Under the pieces are notes generated by a model, which was not told the origin of the DNA, did not search any database, and saw only the letters and a program-made list of their open reading frames with translations. Below, in pieces: positions 55,406 to 64,000 of a stretch of 64,000 bases of DNA. The stretch lies in the NCBI GenBank assembly GCA_039591655.1, contig JBDHDE010000006.1, positions 35,436 to 99,435 on the forward strand. The letters run 5' to 3'. Made by a program: the position numbers and the translations under genes. The stretch is from Gemmatimonadota bacterium (GTDB lineage Bacteria > Gemmatimonadota > Gemmatimonadetes > Gemmatimonadales > GWC2-71-9). Positions within the stretch are counted from its first letter, which is position 1. Each line of letters starts with the position of its first letter.

Positions 55406-57970
55406 CTACTCCGCCATCTCCCGCAGCACGGCAAGCGGGGCCCGGCGCGCTACGTCGCGGCTCGTGAGCAGGCCCACCAGGAGCGTCACCACCGCCGCGG
55501 CGGCGGCGAGGCCCAGCAGCGGGACGATAGGCAGGCGGAAGGTGAGCTCGAAGAAGAAGACCATGAGGGCCCAGCCGGCGATGGCGGCGAGCAGCGTTCC
55601 GGTGAGTCCCGCCAGGGTACCGAGGGCGAGGTACTCGGTCGCCAATACCTGCGTGACCTGTCGGGCCCGGCCCCCCAACGTCTTGAGGAGCACGCTTTCG
55701 CGCACTCGCTGGAATCGTGACGTGGCGATGGCTCCCACCAGCACGATCATGCCGGCGGCGATGCTGAAGAGCGCCATGAACCGCACCGCCAGCGTGATCT
55801 TTCCCAACAGCGTGTCGATGGTGTCCTGCACCAGGGACAGGTCGAGGGCCGAGATGTTCGCGTAGCGCCGCACCAGGTCGCGCTGGAGCTCGGCTCGCCG
55901 GGTCTCGTCCTCAACCCGGGTGAGCGTCACGAAGATCTGCGGTGCGTCGTCCAGCACGCCGGGCTCGAAGATGACGAAGAAGTTCGGCTCGAAGCGGGCC
56001 CAGTTCACCTCCCGCAGGCTCGTGATCTGCGTCTCGAGCAAGACTCCCTGCACGTTCCAGGTGATGTGGTCTCCGACGGTCACCTGGAGCTCCGTGGCCA
56101 CGCCCTCCTCGACGGAAATACGGGCAACGCGTTCCGGCGCTTCCTCTCCGGACCGCTCCTCGTCGAGTTCATCCCACCACTTTCCCTCCACCAGCTCCTC
56201 GGAGCTGGTGAGCGTGTCCCGATAGGTGTGGCGGTACTCCCGCCTGAGCGCCCAGCGGGCCGGGCGGGCATCGGTCGTGTCGGCCAACAGGTCCTCCACC
56301 GTGCGGCCGTTCACGCCGGCGACGCGAGCCGGGACGATGGGGGTGAGCTCGCTGACTGTGTAGCCCCGCTCCTCGATCAACTCCTTCACACCTTCCCGCT
56401 GATCCTGCTGGATATCGAACACCACGAAGTTGGGCCGGTCGGGGCGGGCGTCGATGGCGAGCTGATCGAGCAGGTTGCGCTCCACCAGGTGGACGGCGCC
56501 CAGCACGAAGACGCCGAACCCCACCGTCAGCGTGACCGTGACCGTCTGGTTGTGGGGACGGAACAGGTTGGCGATGCCCTGCCGCAGCACGTACGGCGCA
56601 CGCCGAGGGAAGAAGCGCCGTGTGGCGCGGGTGAGGCTCCACGCCACCAGCCAGAGGACAGCGGCGGTGACGGCGATGGCCACCGCGAAGGCCAGCCCCG
56701 CCTGCCACCGGGGCGCCTGGGAGAGGCTGAGCCCGACCACGCTCACCGCCAGCGCGCCGTAGACGGCGAACCGCACCACGTCCCGCCGGGGCTTGGGACC
56801 GTCGAACGGCCGCCGCAGCGCCTCCAGGGGCGTCACGTCCCGGATCGTGAGGAGCGGCAGGAGGCCGAATATCACCGCCACCCACACACCCACTGCGAGC
56901 CCTGTGAGAATCGGTCCGAGGTGCAACGCCGGGGTCACCTCAAGTGGGAGGAAGTCGGCCAGCAATGCCGGCAGGCTAGCCTGGACGCCGAGTCCGAGGG
57001 CCACCCCCGCCGCAGCGCCGAGGAACCCCATGACGAGCGCCTGCAGGAGATAGACGCCGAAGACGGTGCGCTGCGTGGCGCCGAGGCAGCGGAGCACCGC
57101 CACCGTTTCGAGCTTGCGTTTGACGAAGACGTGTACGCCGCTGGCAATCCCGATCCCGCCCAGGAGCAGGGCCGACAGTCCAATGAGCGAGAGGAAGCGG
57201 GCAAAGTTGTCGAGGCCCCGGGAGAGATCCTCCTCCCGCTCCCCGGCCGTGGTCGTGCCAACCTGGGCGGAGTCGAGCAGCGTCTCGTGCGCTGCGATGA
57301 AGCCCTCCGCCTCGTCGGCGCCGGTCAGCTGGAGGTAGGCCTGATACCAGGCGAAGCTGCCGAACTGCAGCAGCTCTGTCTCAACGAGATGAGCCTCGGG
57401 GATGTAGATCCGCGGTCGGATGGCCGCGCCCAGCCCCACGTCCCCCGGCACGCTGGTGATGACCCCGGCCACGACGAACGAGGCCTGACCGAGGCGCAGC
57501 GTGTCGCCGATGTGGGCGTCGAGCTCGACCAGGACCGCCGGGTCCGCCAGTGCGATCCGGTCGATTCCGAGGCGAGGCCAGAGACCCGGTGGGTCGGTGA
57601 CGATGTCCCCGTAGTAGGGGTACGCGCCGGCCACCGCCCGCACCTGCACTAGCCGCGTGAGTCCGCTGCGCTCGGCGAGCGCCATGGATGAGAACCGGGT
57701 GACGAAGGAGACCGGCGTGCCCGCACCGGATGCGGAGTCGAGCACCGCGCGCACCGACTCCGGGAAGCCGTAGCGCGTGTGGAGCTCGAGGTCCGCGCCC
57801 AGGAGCGCCCGGGACGCGCGGTGGATCGTCGAGTTGACGTCCGCGCGGAAGGCGTTGATGGCCACCAGCGCCGCCACACCCAGGGTGATGGACCCCGCGT
57901 AGAAACCGAGCCGGCGCCAGCTGGACCGGCTCTCCCTCAGGGCCATCGCTAGGACGAACGGGAGTCTCAC
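55406..57970 (-). CDS. ABC transporter permease, YbbP/FtsX-like
   Basis: LLGADL, YPYYG, PNF..FDIQ, duplicated FtsX transmembrane blocks. Confidence 0.9.
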   Translation of the reverse strand: MRLPFVLAMALRESRSSWRRLGFYAGSITLGVAALVAINAFRADVNSTIHRASRALLGADLELHTRYGFPESVRAVLDSASGAGTPVSFVTRFSSMALAERSGLTRLVQVRAVAGAYPYYGDIVTDPPGLWPRLGIDRIALADPAVLVELDAHIGDTLRLGQASFVVAGVITSVPGDVGLGAAIRPRIYIPEAHLVETELLQFGSFAWYQAYLQLTGADEAEGFIAAHETLLDSAQVGTTTAGEREEDLSRGLDNFARFLSLIGLSALLLGGIGIASGVHVFVKRKLETVAVLRCLGATQRTVFGVYLLQALVMGFLGAAAGVALGLGVQASLPALLADFLPLEVTPALHLGPILTGLAVGVWVAVIFGLLPLLTIRDVTPLEALRRPFDGPKPRRDVVRFAVYGALAVSVVGLSLSQAPRWQAGLAFAVAIAVTAAVLWLVAWSLTRATRRFFPRRAPYVLRQGIANLFRPHNQTVTVTLTVGFGVFVLGAVHLVERNLLDQLAIDARPDRPNFVVFDIQQDQREGVKELIEERGYTVSELTPIVPARVAGVNGRTVEDLLADTTDARPARWALRREYRHTYRDTLTSSEELVEGKWWDELDEERSGEEAPERVARISVEEGVATELQVTVGDHITWNVQGVLLETQITSLREVNWARFEPNFFVIFEPGVLDDAPQIFVTLTRVEDETRRAELQRDLVRRYANISALDLSLVQDTIDTLLGKITLAVRFMALFSIAAGMIVLVGAIATSRFQRVRESVLLKTLGGRARQVTQVLATEYLALGTLAGLTGTLLAAIAGWALMVFFFELTFRLPIVPLLGLAAAAAVVTLLVGLLTSRDVARRAPLAVLREMAE

Positions 57971-58665
57971 GGGACGCCGGCCGGGCCGTCCGAGACGAGC
58001 CTGCCGCCGGCAAGCCGTACGATGTGGTGCGCCCGCTGGGCGAGCTCCTGGTCGTGGGTGACGAGCACCAGCGTGGTGCGAGCCTCCGTGTTCAGGGCGA
58101 CGAGCAGGTCGATGACCGCGTGGCCCGTCTCCGCGTCGAGATTCCCCGTGGGCTCATCCGCGAAGAGGATCTTGGGATCGTTGGCGAAGGCCCGGGCGAG
58201 GGCGACCCGCTGTTGCTCGCCGCCGGAGAGCTGCGCCGGGTAATGGTGCGCCCGCTCGGCGAGGCCGACCCTGGCGAGGAGCTCCCGGGCGCGCTCCACG
58301 GCGTGCACCCCGTCGCCGGTTCGGCCAGGGTTGAGCTCCACGGGCACCAAGACGTTTTCCAGGGCCGTGAGCGTCGGGATGAGCTGGAAGGTCTGGAACA
58401 CGAACCCCACCTTCTCGGCCCGGAGCCTGGCCCGCTCGTCCTCCGACATGGGGCCGAGCTCCTCGCCGTCCAGCCACACGCGGCCGGTAGTGGGCCGGTC
58501 CAGCCCCGCCAGCAGGCCCAGCAGGGTCGTCTTGCCGCTGCCCGACGGGCCCACGATGGCCACGAAGCCGTGGGACTCGACCTCGAGGTCGATGTCCGCC
58601 AGCACGGTGAGCGGCCGTCCGCCGCTCATGTATGTTTGTTCCAGGTCCTCTGCAACGATCATCAT
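57967..58665 (-). CDS. ABC transporter ATP-binding protein, YbbA/LolD-like
   Basis: GPSGSGKT, LSGGEQQR, ADEPTGNLD. Confidence 0.93.
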   Translation of the reverse strand: MMIVAEDLEQTYMSGGRPLTVLADIDLEVESHGFVAIVGPSGSGKTTLLGLLAGLDRPTTGRVWLDGEELGPMSEDERARLRAEKVGFVFQTFQLIPTLTALENVLVPVELNPGRTGDGVHAVERARELLARVGLAERAHHYPAQLSGGEQQRVALARAFANDPKILFADEPTGNLDAETGHAVIDLLVALNTEARTTLVLVTHDQELAQRAHHIVRLAGGRLVSDGPAGVP

Positions 58666-59365
58666 GGCTCGAAAGATACTGCTGCTCGCCTTGGCCGCGT
58701 TCACCTGGGGCTGCGATACCACGCCCCAGCGGGCGCCGACCGCGGACGCGGCCGGGAGGGAGATCTCCGGCCGGGACGCCCTCGACGCCCCCACGGTGTT
58801 GTTCATCGGCACGAGCCTCACCGCGGGGATGGGCTTGGAGATCGATCAGGCTTATCCCGCCCTGGTGCAACGGAAGATCGACGCCGCTGGGCTGAGGTTC
58901 CGCGTGGTGAATGCGGGGGTGAGCGGTGAGACCTCGGCAGGAGGGCTGCGTCGCATCGATTGGCTGCTGCGGGAGCCCGTCGCTGTACTGGTGGTGGAGC
59001 TCGGAGCCAATGACGGGCTGCGTGGCCTCGACCCGCAACAAATGAAACGGAACCTCGAGGAGATCATCGCCCGTACCCGGGCGGCTAACCCCGACGTGCG
59101 CGTCGTGCTGGCCGGCATGGAGGCCCCGCCCAACCTCGGGCGCCGCTACACCGGCGCCTTCCGCCGGGTCTTCGTGGATCTCGCCAGGGAGCAGGACGCC
59201 ACGCTCATTCCGTTTCTGTTGGACAGAGTAGGCGCCGTGCCGCAGCTCAACCAGGCCGACGGGATCCATCCGACGGCAGAGGGCCAGGCGGTCGTCGCCG
59301 AGAACGTATGGCAGGTGTTGGAGCCCGTCCTGAGGGAGGTTGCGCGCCGGAGAGAGGTCGGATGA
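58664..59365 (+). CDS. TesA-like arylesterase (SGNH/GDSL), lipoprotein signal
   Basis: GTSLTAG, NAGVSGET, ELGANDG, DGIHP; lipobox TWGC. Confidence 0.92.
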   Translation: MARKILLLALAAFTWGCDTTPQRAPTADAAGREISGRDALDAPTVLFIGTSLTAGMGLEIDQAYPALVQRKIDAAGLRFRVVNAGVSGETSAGGLRRIDWLLREPVAVLVVELGANDGLRGLDPQQMKRNLEEIIARTRAANPDVRVVLAGMEAPPNLGRRYTGAFRRVFVDLAREQDATLIPFLLDRVGAVPQLNQADGIHPTAEGQAVVAENVWQVLEPVLREVARRREVG

Positions 59366-59994
59366 CGCGACTCCAACCCTCCAAGATCGTCTGTGCGGGC
59401 CGCAACTACGCCGCGCACGCCAAGGAGCTGGGCAACGTGGTGCCGGAGCGGCCACTCCTGTTTCTCAAGCCGCCGTCGGCGTTGATCGGCGACGGCGAGG
59501 CGATAGTCCTTCCTGCCGAGTCGCAGCGCGTGGAGCATGAGGCCGAGATCGGTGTGGTGCTCGGCTCGCGCCTACGCTGCGCCAGTGAGGGTGAAGCGCT
59601 GAAGGCCGTCGCCGGAATCACCTGCGTCAACGACGTCACCGCCCGGGATCTCCAGAAGACCGACGGCCAATGGACCCGGGCCAAGGGGTTCGACACGTTC
59701 TGTCCTGCTGGTCCCAGAGTCGTGCCGCTCAATGAGCTGCCGCCCCTCGAGGAGCTGGCAGTGGTGTGCCGGGTGAACGGCGAAGAGCGGCAGCGGGGTG
59801 GGGCATCGCAGATGGTGTTCCCCGTTCCCCGACTGCTCGCCTACATCTCCGGGATCATGACGCTGGAGCCCGGTGATCTGATCGCGACTGGAACGCCGGC
59901 GGGCGTAGGTCCACTCGCTGCCAGTGATGTGGTTGAGGTGGAGATCCCGGGGGTAGTGGTGCTGCGGAACCCGGTGGTTGCGGTGGTGGGGTAG
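59362..59994 (+). CDS. Fumarylacetoacetate hydrolase family protein
   Basis: GRNYAAH, EHEAE, NDVTARD, KGFDTF, TGTPAG. Confidence 0.93.
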   Translation: MTRLQPSKIVCAGRNYAAHAKELGNVVPERPLLFLKPPSALIGDGEAIVLPAESQRVEHEAEIGVVLGSRLRCASEGEALKAVAGITCVNDVTARDLQKTDGQWTRAKGFDTFCPAGPRVVPLNELPPLEELAVVCRVNGEERQRGGASQMVFPVPRLLAYISGIMTLEPGDLIATGTPAGVGPLAASDVVEVEIPGVVVLRNPVVAVVG

Positions 59995-60001
59995 TCCTCG
60001 C

Positions 60002-60047
60002 CTGACTCTGGATCAGAAGAGACCTGGTTCGATCCCAGGCGGGGCAA
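60002..60047 (+). pseudogene. 3' half of tRNA-Gln(CTG) (remnant or att-like site)
   Basis: Anticodon arm CTGA-CTCTGGA-TCAG, T arm CCTGG-TTCGATC-CCAGG, acceptor 3' strand CGGGGCA-A; no 5' acceptor strand or D arm upstream. Confidence 0.75.
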
Positions 60048-60318
60048 CTTCGTGGACCCTCGGCGCCGACAGCGTCACTTGACGCCGTCACTCCCGAGGC
60101 ACAGCTTGAGAGACGTAACGGGTGGATATCCTCCCGCTCCACCGCTGATGTTTAGGCTAGCTGCCGAACCGGCATCCTCTCCCACGGACGCCCGATCCTC
60201 CGCGCTACCCTTCCAGACACCGGATGAGCACTCCGCCTGATACTGGGTGCCAAGGCGAAACTCTTCGTCGACTGGGGGATCTCGGCGGACGGTGCAACCC
60301 AGCAGAAAGGTGGGCACA

Positions 60319-60879
60319 GTGACCGTGGGAACGAGTGCCAGTCGCGTGAACGGGATCGACCTGAGTGTGCTGAAGGAGACGGTGAGTGCGATCCAGGGGG
60401 ACCCGGAGCTCGGGAACTGCAAGTTCCGGGCACGGAACAAGTGGATCGACGCCAACCACAACTGCACCACGATTAGCGGGTTCTACGGTGCCAAGCAGGA
60501 GAACACCCACAAACAGGAATTCGAATTGCATGCGGACGAGCCTGCCATCCTTGCTGGGGGCGACGACGGTGCCAATCCGGTGGAGCACCTCCTCAATGCG
60601 TTAGCAGCGTGCGTGACGACGAGCATGGTCGCCCATGCCGCCGTCCGTGGTATCGAGATCGAAGAGTTGGAGTCGGAACTGGAGGGCGATATCGATCTCC
60701 GCGGATTCCTGGGGCTGGCCGCCGATGTGCCGAAGGGCTACACGAGTATCCGCGTGAGATTCAAGGTGAAGGCCGACGCCGAGCACATGGATACGCTGAG
60801 AGAGTTGACGAAGTTCTCGCCGGTCTACGATACCCTGATGCACGGTGTAGACGTGGACATTCAGCTCGAGCCGAAGTGA
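60319..60879 (+). CDS. OsmC/Ohr family protein
   Basis: VNGID, ADEP..L.G.D.GANPVE, AAC, EGDIDLRGFLG, SPVYD. Confidence 0.9.
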   Translation: MTVGTSASRVNGIDLSVLKETVSAIQGDPELGNCKFRARNKWIDANHNCTTISGFYGAKQENTHKQEFELHADEPAILAGGDDGANPVEHLLNALAACVTTSMVAHAAVRGIEIEELESELEGDIDLRGFLGLAADVPKGYTSIRVRFKVKADAEHMDTLRELTKFSPVYDTLMHGVDVDIQLEPK

Positions 60880-60897
60880 CCTGTTCAGCAGGGCTAG

Positions 60898-60930
60898 CAC
60901 GAGCGCCCGGCCGTATGCCGGGCGCTCGTG
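60898..60930. terminator. Perfect 14-bp hairpin between convergent genes
   Basis: CACGAGCGCCCGGC-cgtat-GCCGGGCGCTCGTG. Confidence 0.65.
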
Positions 60931-60985
60931 TCTCCTGGGGTGACAAGCTGCTCGGGGTCTGCTCCGTGGCCCCAGGGCGGGCCGC

Positions 60986-61225
60986 CTACTTCGTGCGATC
61001 GACCTTCTGTACTGCCTTCCCGTCCACGACCCGCCGGCCGAACCGCAGACAGCGCTCGACAGCCAGCTCCTTGGTGGGGTAGGTGTTGGGCGCGCGGCAC
61101 CGCCGGCCCCCCGCGCTGCTGTCTGTGGGCGTTATGCGCACTTCGAGCGTCCAGCCGTGAGGGTCGTCTTTGAGCCTGGTGGTGGGCTCGATCACGTATC
61201 CGTTGTATTCGATGCGATTACTCAT
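60986..61225 (-). CDS. Small hypothetical protein (paralog of 61525-61764)
   Basis: GGAGG RBS; YNGYVI.P...WTL...C..FGRRVVDG. Confidence 0.75.
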   Translation of the reverse strand: MSNRIEYNGYVIEPTTRLKDDPHGWTLEVRITPTDSSAGGRRCRAPNTYPTKELAVERCLRFGRRVVDGKAVQKVDRTK

Positions 61226-61270
61226 TGGCCTCCCGGGCTGTCGTCGTCGGAATTCGGCGCCTCGCTACCC

Positions 61271-61528
61271 TCAGCCTCCGCTCGCGTCGACGGATGGGAA
61301 CGCGTGTGCGTCGAGCCACGCGGTGAACGCCTGATCCAGCTCCTCCTCATCCCGGCCGAGGTGGAACGGCATGACCTCCCACCGCGTGCCGGCGCTCATC
61401 AACCACCACGCTGGCATCGTGGCCGGTTGCGCCAGCTTCGCGTTGGCCGGCCGGCCGTCGTACGATACGAAATGAAACTCACGGCCGCGGTACTGTAGCC
61501 GCCGCTGCTCGACGAGAGGTCGGCTCAT
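61271..61528 (-). CDS. Small hypothetical protein
   Basis: ATGA overlap with the upstream gene; YRGREFHFVSYDG...WWLM. Confidence 0.7.
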   Translation of the reverse strand: MSRPLVEQRRLQYRGREFHFVSYDGRPANAKLAQPATMPAWWLMSAGTRWEVMPFHLGRDEEELDQAFTAWLDAHAFPSVDASGG

Positions 61529-61764
61529 CGCAGGTCCTCCACTGAACAGTACGGTACGAGGCCGTCGATGATGCGACGTCCAAACGCGTGGCACCCGCGA
61601 ATGGCCTCCTGCTCGGTCCGGAACGCGTTCGGTCCGCTGAACGCGCGTTGCTTCGTGCGGTACGCGATCACGAGATCCAGAGTCCATTGCCAGCTGCCAC
61701 GGACCTCAAACGTGCGGGGCGTGATCGTCCATCCGCGATAGCTGATGGAGTTCAGCGGAGCCAT
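61525..61764 (-). CDS. Small hypothetical protein (paralog of 60986-61225)
   Basis: YRGWTI.P...WTL...C..FGRRIIDG. Confidence 0.75.
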   Translation of the reverse strand: MAPLNSISYRGWTITPRTFEVRGSWQWTLDLVIAYRTKQRAFSGPNAFRTEQEAIRGCHAFGRRIIDGLVPYCSVEDLR

Positions 61765-62141
61765 CGCGACATCGGCAGGAGGTTCAAGTTCACGAGCGCG
61801 GATTCATAGCGCGAGCCCGCTGCCCGCAGCCGCATGAACTGGTGCTCCAGGGTTGCCAGGGACCAGACCGTGGCGCGGGTGGTTCCCACCACCTGCCAAC
61901 GATCCCCTCGTGTATGCCCGACGTGGTTGGTCGTGCGCACGAATCCCGCGAACGGTGTGTAGCGCAGGAAGTCCACCAGGCCGAGGGCCATGCGCTGGGT
62001 CGGGCAGTGGAATACGAACGTGAACAGCTGCGGGAGCAGCAGTATACCGGCGGCTGACAGATCGAGCCAGCAGCGTCGCGCCTTGACCAGCGACCCCGCC
62101 GAAACGCCGTCCTGATACTCGTCGGGGAGGGCGGCTCTCAC
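61752..62141 (-). CDS. Hypothetical protein (start uncertain)
   Basis: Protein-like 3' part of ORF 61752-62294; overlaps the start of the next gene. Confidence 0.45.
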   Translation of the reverse strand: MRAALPDEYQDGVSAGSLVKARRCWLDLSAAGILLLPQLFTFVFHCPTQRMALGLVDFLRYTPFAGFVRTTNHVGHTRGDRWQVVGTTRATVWSLATLEHQFMRLRAAGSRYESALVNLNLLPMSRWLR

Positions 62142-62634
62142 TTGGTCGTCCTGGCGACGAACGTCGCAACGGCAGCCGCTTCCGCCTCGGCACCGCAGGT
62201 GAAACCACGAAACGTCAGGGTCAGGCGCTCTTCCTGGAAAAGGAAAAAGCGGGACAGCGCCGCGGCGCCTTCCCGCCTTTGCATGGTTGTCCATCGGGCG
62301 ACAGGCTACATCGCCTGCGCTCTAATGATAGTCGGTTCCTATCACCGTGTCAAACGCGCTGACCGGTGCTGGGACGCACCAGACGCGGCCCATTCCCTTT
62401 TCGCACCGGCTAGACTATCTTGTAAGCAAGCTAAGAGGCGCTCATCGAGGCGCCACAGATATACGCAACGGAATTGCAGGGGAACCGGCAACTGACGCGG
62501 TTCCCCTTTGTCTTGGCAGCACGCCGCACGATGCGGCACCCCACCGCGGGGACACATCCGCGGACAACGCGATGGACGATCGGCCAGTGCGGACATTCCG
62601 GACCCCGACGCGCATCGAACACAGAGGAGCAGGT

Positions 62635-62847
62635 ATGTCACGCATGACCGGCAAGGTGAAATGGTTCAGCGACCAGAAGGGCTTTGGCTTCATCACGCCC
62701 GACAATGGCGAAAAGGACTGTTTCGTCCACCACTCGGCGATCCAGGCGACGGGCTTCAAGACGCTCGGAGAGGGCGACGCCGTGGAGTTTGACGTGGTTC
62801 AGGGCCAGAAGGGCCCCGCGGCGGAGAACGTCGCCAAGGTCGGCTAA
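62635..62847 (+). CDS. Cold-shock protein (CspA family)
   Basis: [35 protein letters not shown]. Confidence 0.97.
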   Translation: MSRMTGKVKWFSDQKGFGFITPDNGEKDCFVHHSAIQATGFKTLGEGDAVEFDVVQGQKGPAAENVAKVG

Positions 62848-63203
62848 TCGCGCTGCATGCGGTGAGCCCTATCGGATTGGACGCGCCCGGCCTCGTGCCG
62901 GGCGCTGTCGTCTTCAGGAGGGAACACGACAACCGTCCTGGAGCCGTCTAGCCCCGCCGATCTCCCCGCGCTAAGCGCTGTCGCGCTTGGCCTGTGTCAG
63001 CCGCGCCATGCTTAACCAGCGCAACCAATCTCGATTCTTGTACTCGCCTTTCAAGGGAGCGCGTGTTACAATGAATGGTTAGCCCACGGTGCCGACTACG
63101 CACCCGTGTTTGGTTCGACACACCCCGCCCGGGTGTCCGCTCCAATCACGCGAGCGTCGCCGAGGCATCGTGGATCGTCCTCCATCCTCCCGAGGAGACA
63201 TCA

Positions 63204-63782
63204 ATGGTCAGCACCACACCACACGCCCAACTCGCCACTCCGAAGCGAGGAGTGGCCGCCCTTCTCACTGGCGCCGCCCTAGGTCTGTTGCTCCCTGCCG
63301 CCGCGCTCGCCCAGGAAGACGTGATTGAGAGCGCCGTGAGCGCTGGTCCCGCTTCAGTGAGCATGCACGCGGCGGTAATGAACTGGAACCTCGAGACCGT
63401 GCGCGAAGGAACGAACGGCTGGACTTGTCTGCCGGACCGGCCCGACACGCCCGGGAACGATCCGTGGTGCGTGAACGATCCGTGGCTCAACTTCCTCCAA
63501 GCGTATGTCGGCCAGACGGAACCGACGTACACGACCGTAGGCATCGCCTATATGCTCCAAGGCGACACGCCGGTCAGCAACACCGATCCCTACGCGACCG
63601 AACCCACGTCGCCGGAGGATTGGGTCGAGGGCCTGGGGCCGCATCTCATGGTAATCGTGCCTGACCTCGAGATGCTTGAGGGCGTGTCCACGGATCCGTA
63701 CAACGGGGGACCCTGGATCATGTGGCCGGGGACGCCATACGCGCACTTGATGATCCCCATCGAGTCGTTCTCGAGGAAGTAG
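63204..63782 (+). CDS. Secreted conserved hypothetical protein
   Basis: GAGGAG RBS; signal peptide ALA-Q; GTNGWTCLP, two HLM motifs. Confidence 0.8.
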   Translation: MVSTTPHAQLATPKRGVAALLTGAALGLLLPAAALAQEDVIESAVSAGPASVSMHAAVMNWNLETVREGTNGWTCLPDRPDTPGNDPWCVNDPWLNFLQAYVGQTEPTYTTVGIAYMLQGDTPVSNTDPYATEPTSPEDWVEGLGPHLMVIVPDLEMLEGVSTDPYNGGPWIMWPGTPYAHLMIPIESFSRK

Positions 63783-64000
63783 TGGCGCCGGCGGCACCGC
63801 GCCGGGCGGGGGCGCGGTGCTTTGGCCCCGGCTCACCCCAACCGCAACGCGACATCCTCGCGATGCGCCCCGGCGTAGACACGGTGCCGCGGGTGCTCAT
63901 CGCCAGCGCCGCGGAGGAATACAGCCCCATAGGGGGTGTGTGAGTTACACGGGCGGTTTCTTCTAGCTGAACCCGGTTGAGAAACCTACCTTAGACCATT

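Noticed and set aside
63940..64000. GAGTTACAC... and an imperfect hairpin at the window end as a possible IS terminus
   Set aside because: No transposase or partner repeat visible; cannot be supported.
1..64000. CRISPR array, rRNA, intact tRNA (including selC), integrase or transposase
   Set aside because: None recognised by eye; no regularly spaced direct repeats seen.

Overview
High-GC bacterial chromosome segment. Gene content and style suggest Gemmatimonadota, which is inference only. Left to right it holds: a thiO-lipA-pdhA-pdhB-pdhC-lpdA cluster (minus strand; lpdA cut by the window edge); a hybrid histidine kinase; an FmdB-PspA locus; a Na+/solute symporter; a minus-strand run tdk-coaE-gcvH-gcvP-lipoate ligase-peptide ABC transporter; HU; and a degenerate DEAD-box/DbpA protein. 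Next is a ~13 kb plus-strand run. It opens with a hidden selenoprotein (PrdB/GrdB-like, in-frame UGA in a UxxC motif with a SECIS-like hairpin) and contains an archaeal-style NurA-HerA-Mre11-Rad50 gene set with two paralogous secreted proteins inserted in the middle. After that come a 6S-RNA-like structured ncRNA upstream of folE, assorted enzymes and sensors, ybbAP/tesA, and a 3'-half tRNA-Gln(CTG) remnant that precedes a ~4 kb accessory-looking region (OsmC, paired small paralogs, cold-shock gene). All calls come from motif recognition by eye; no database searches were run.
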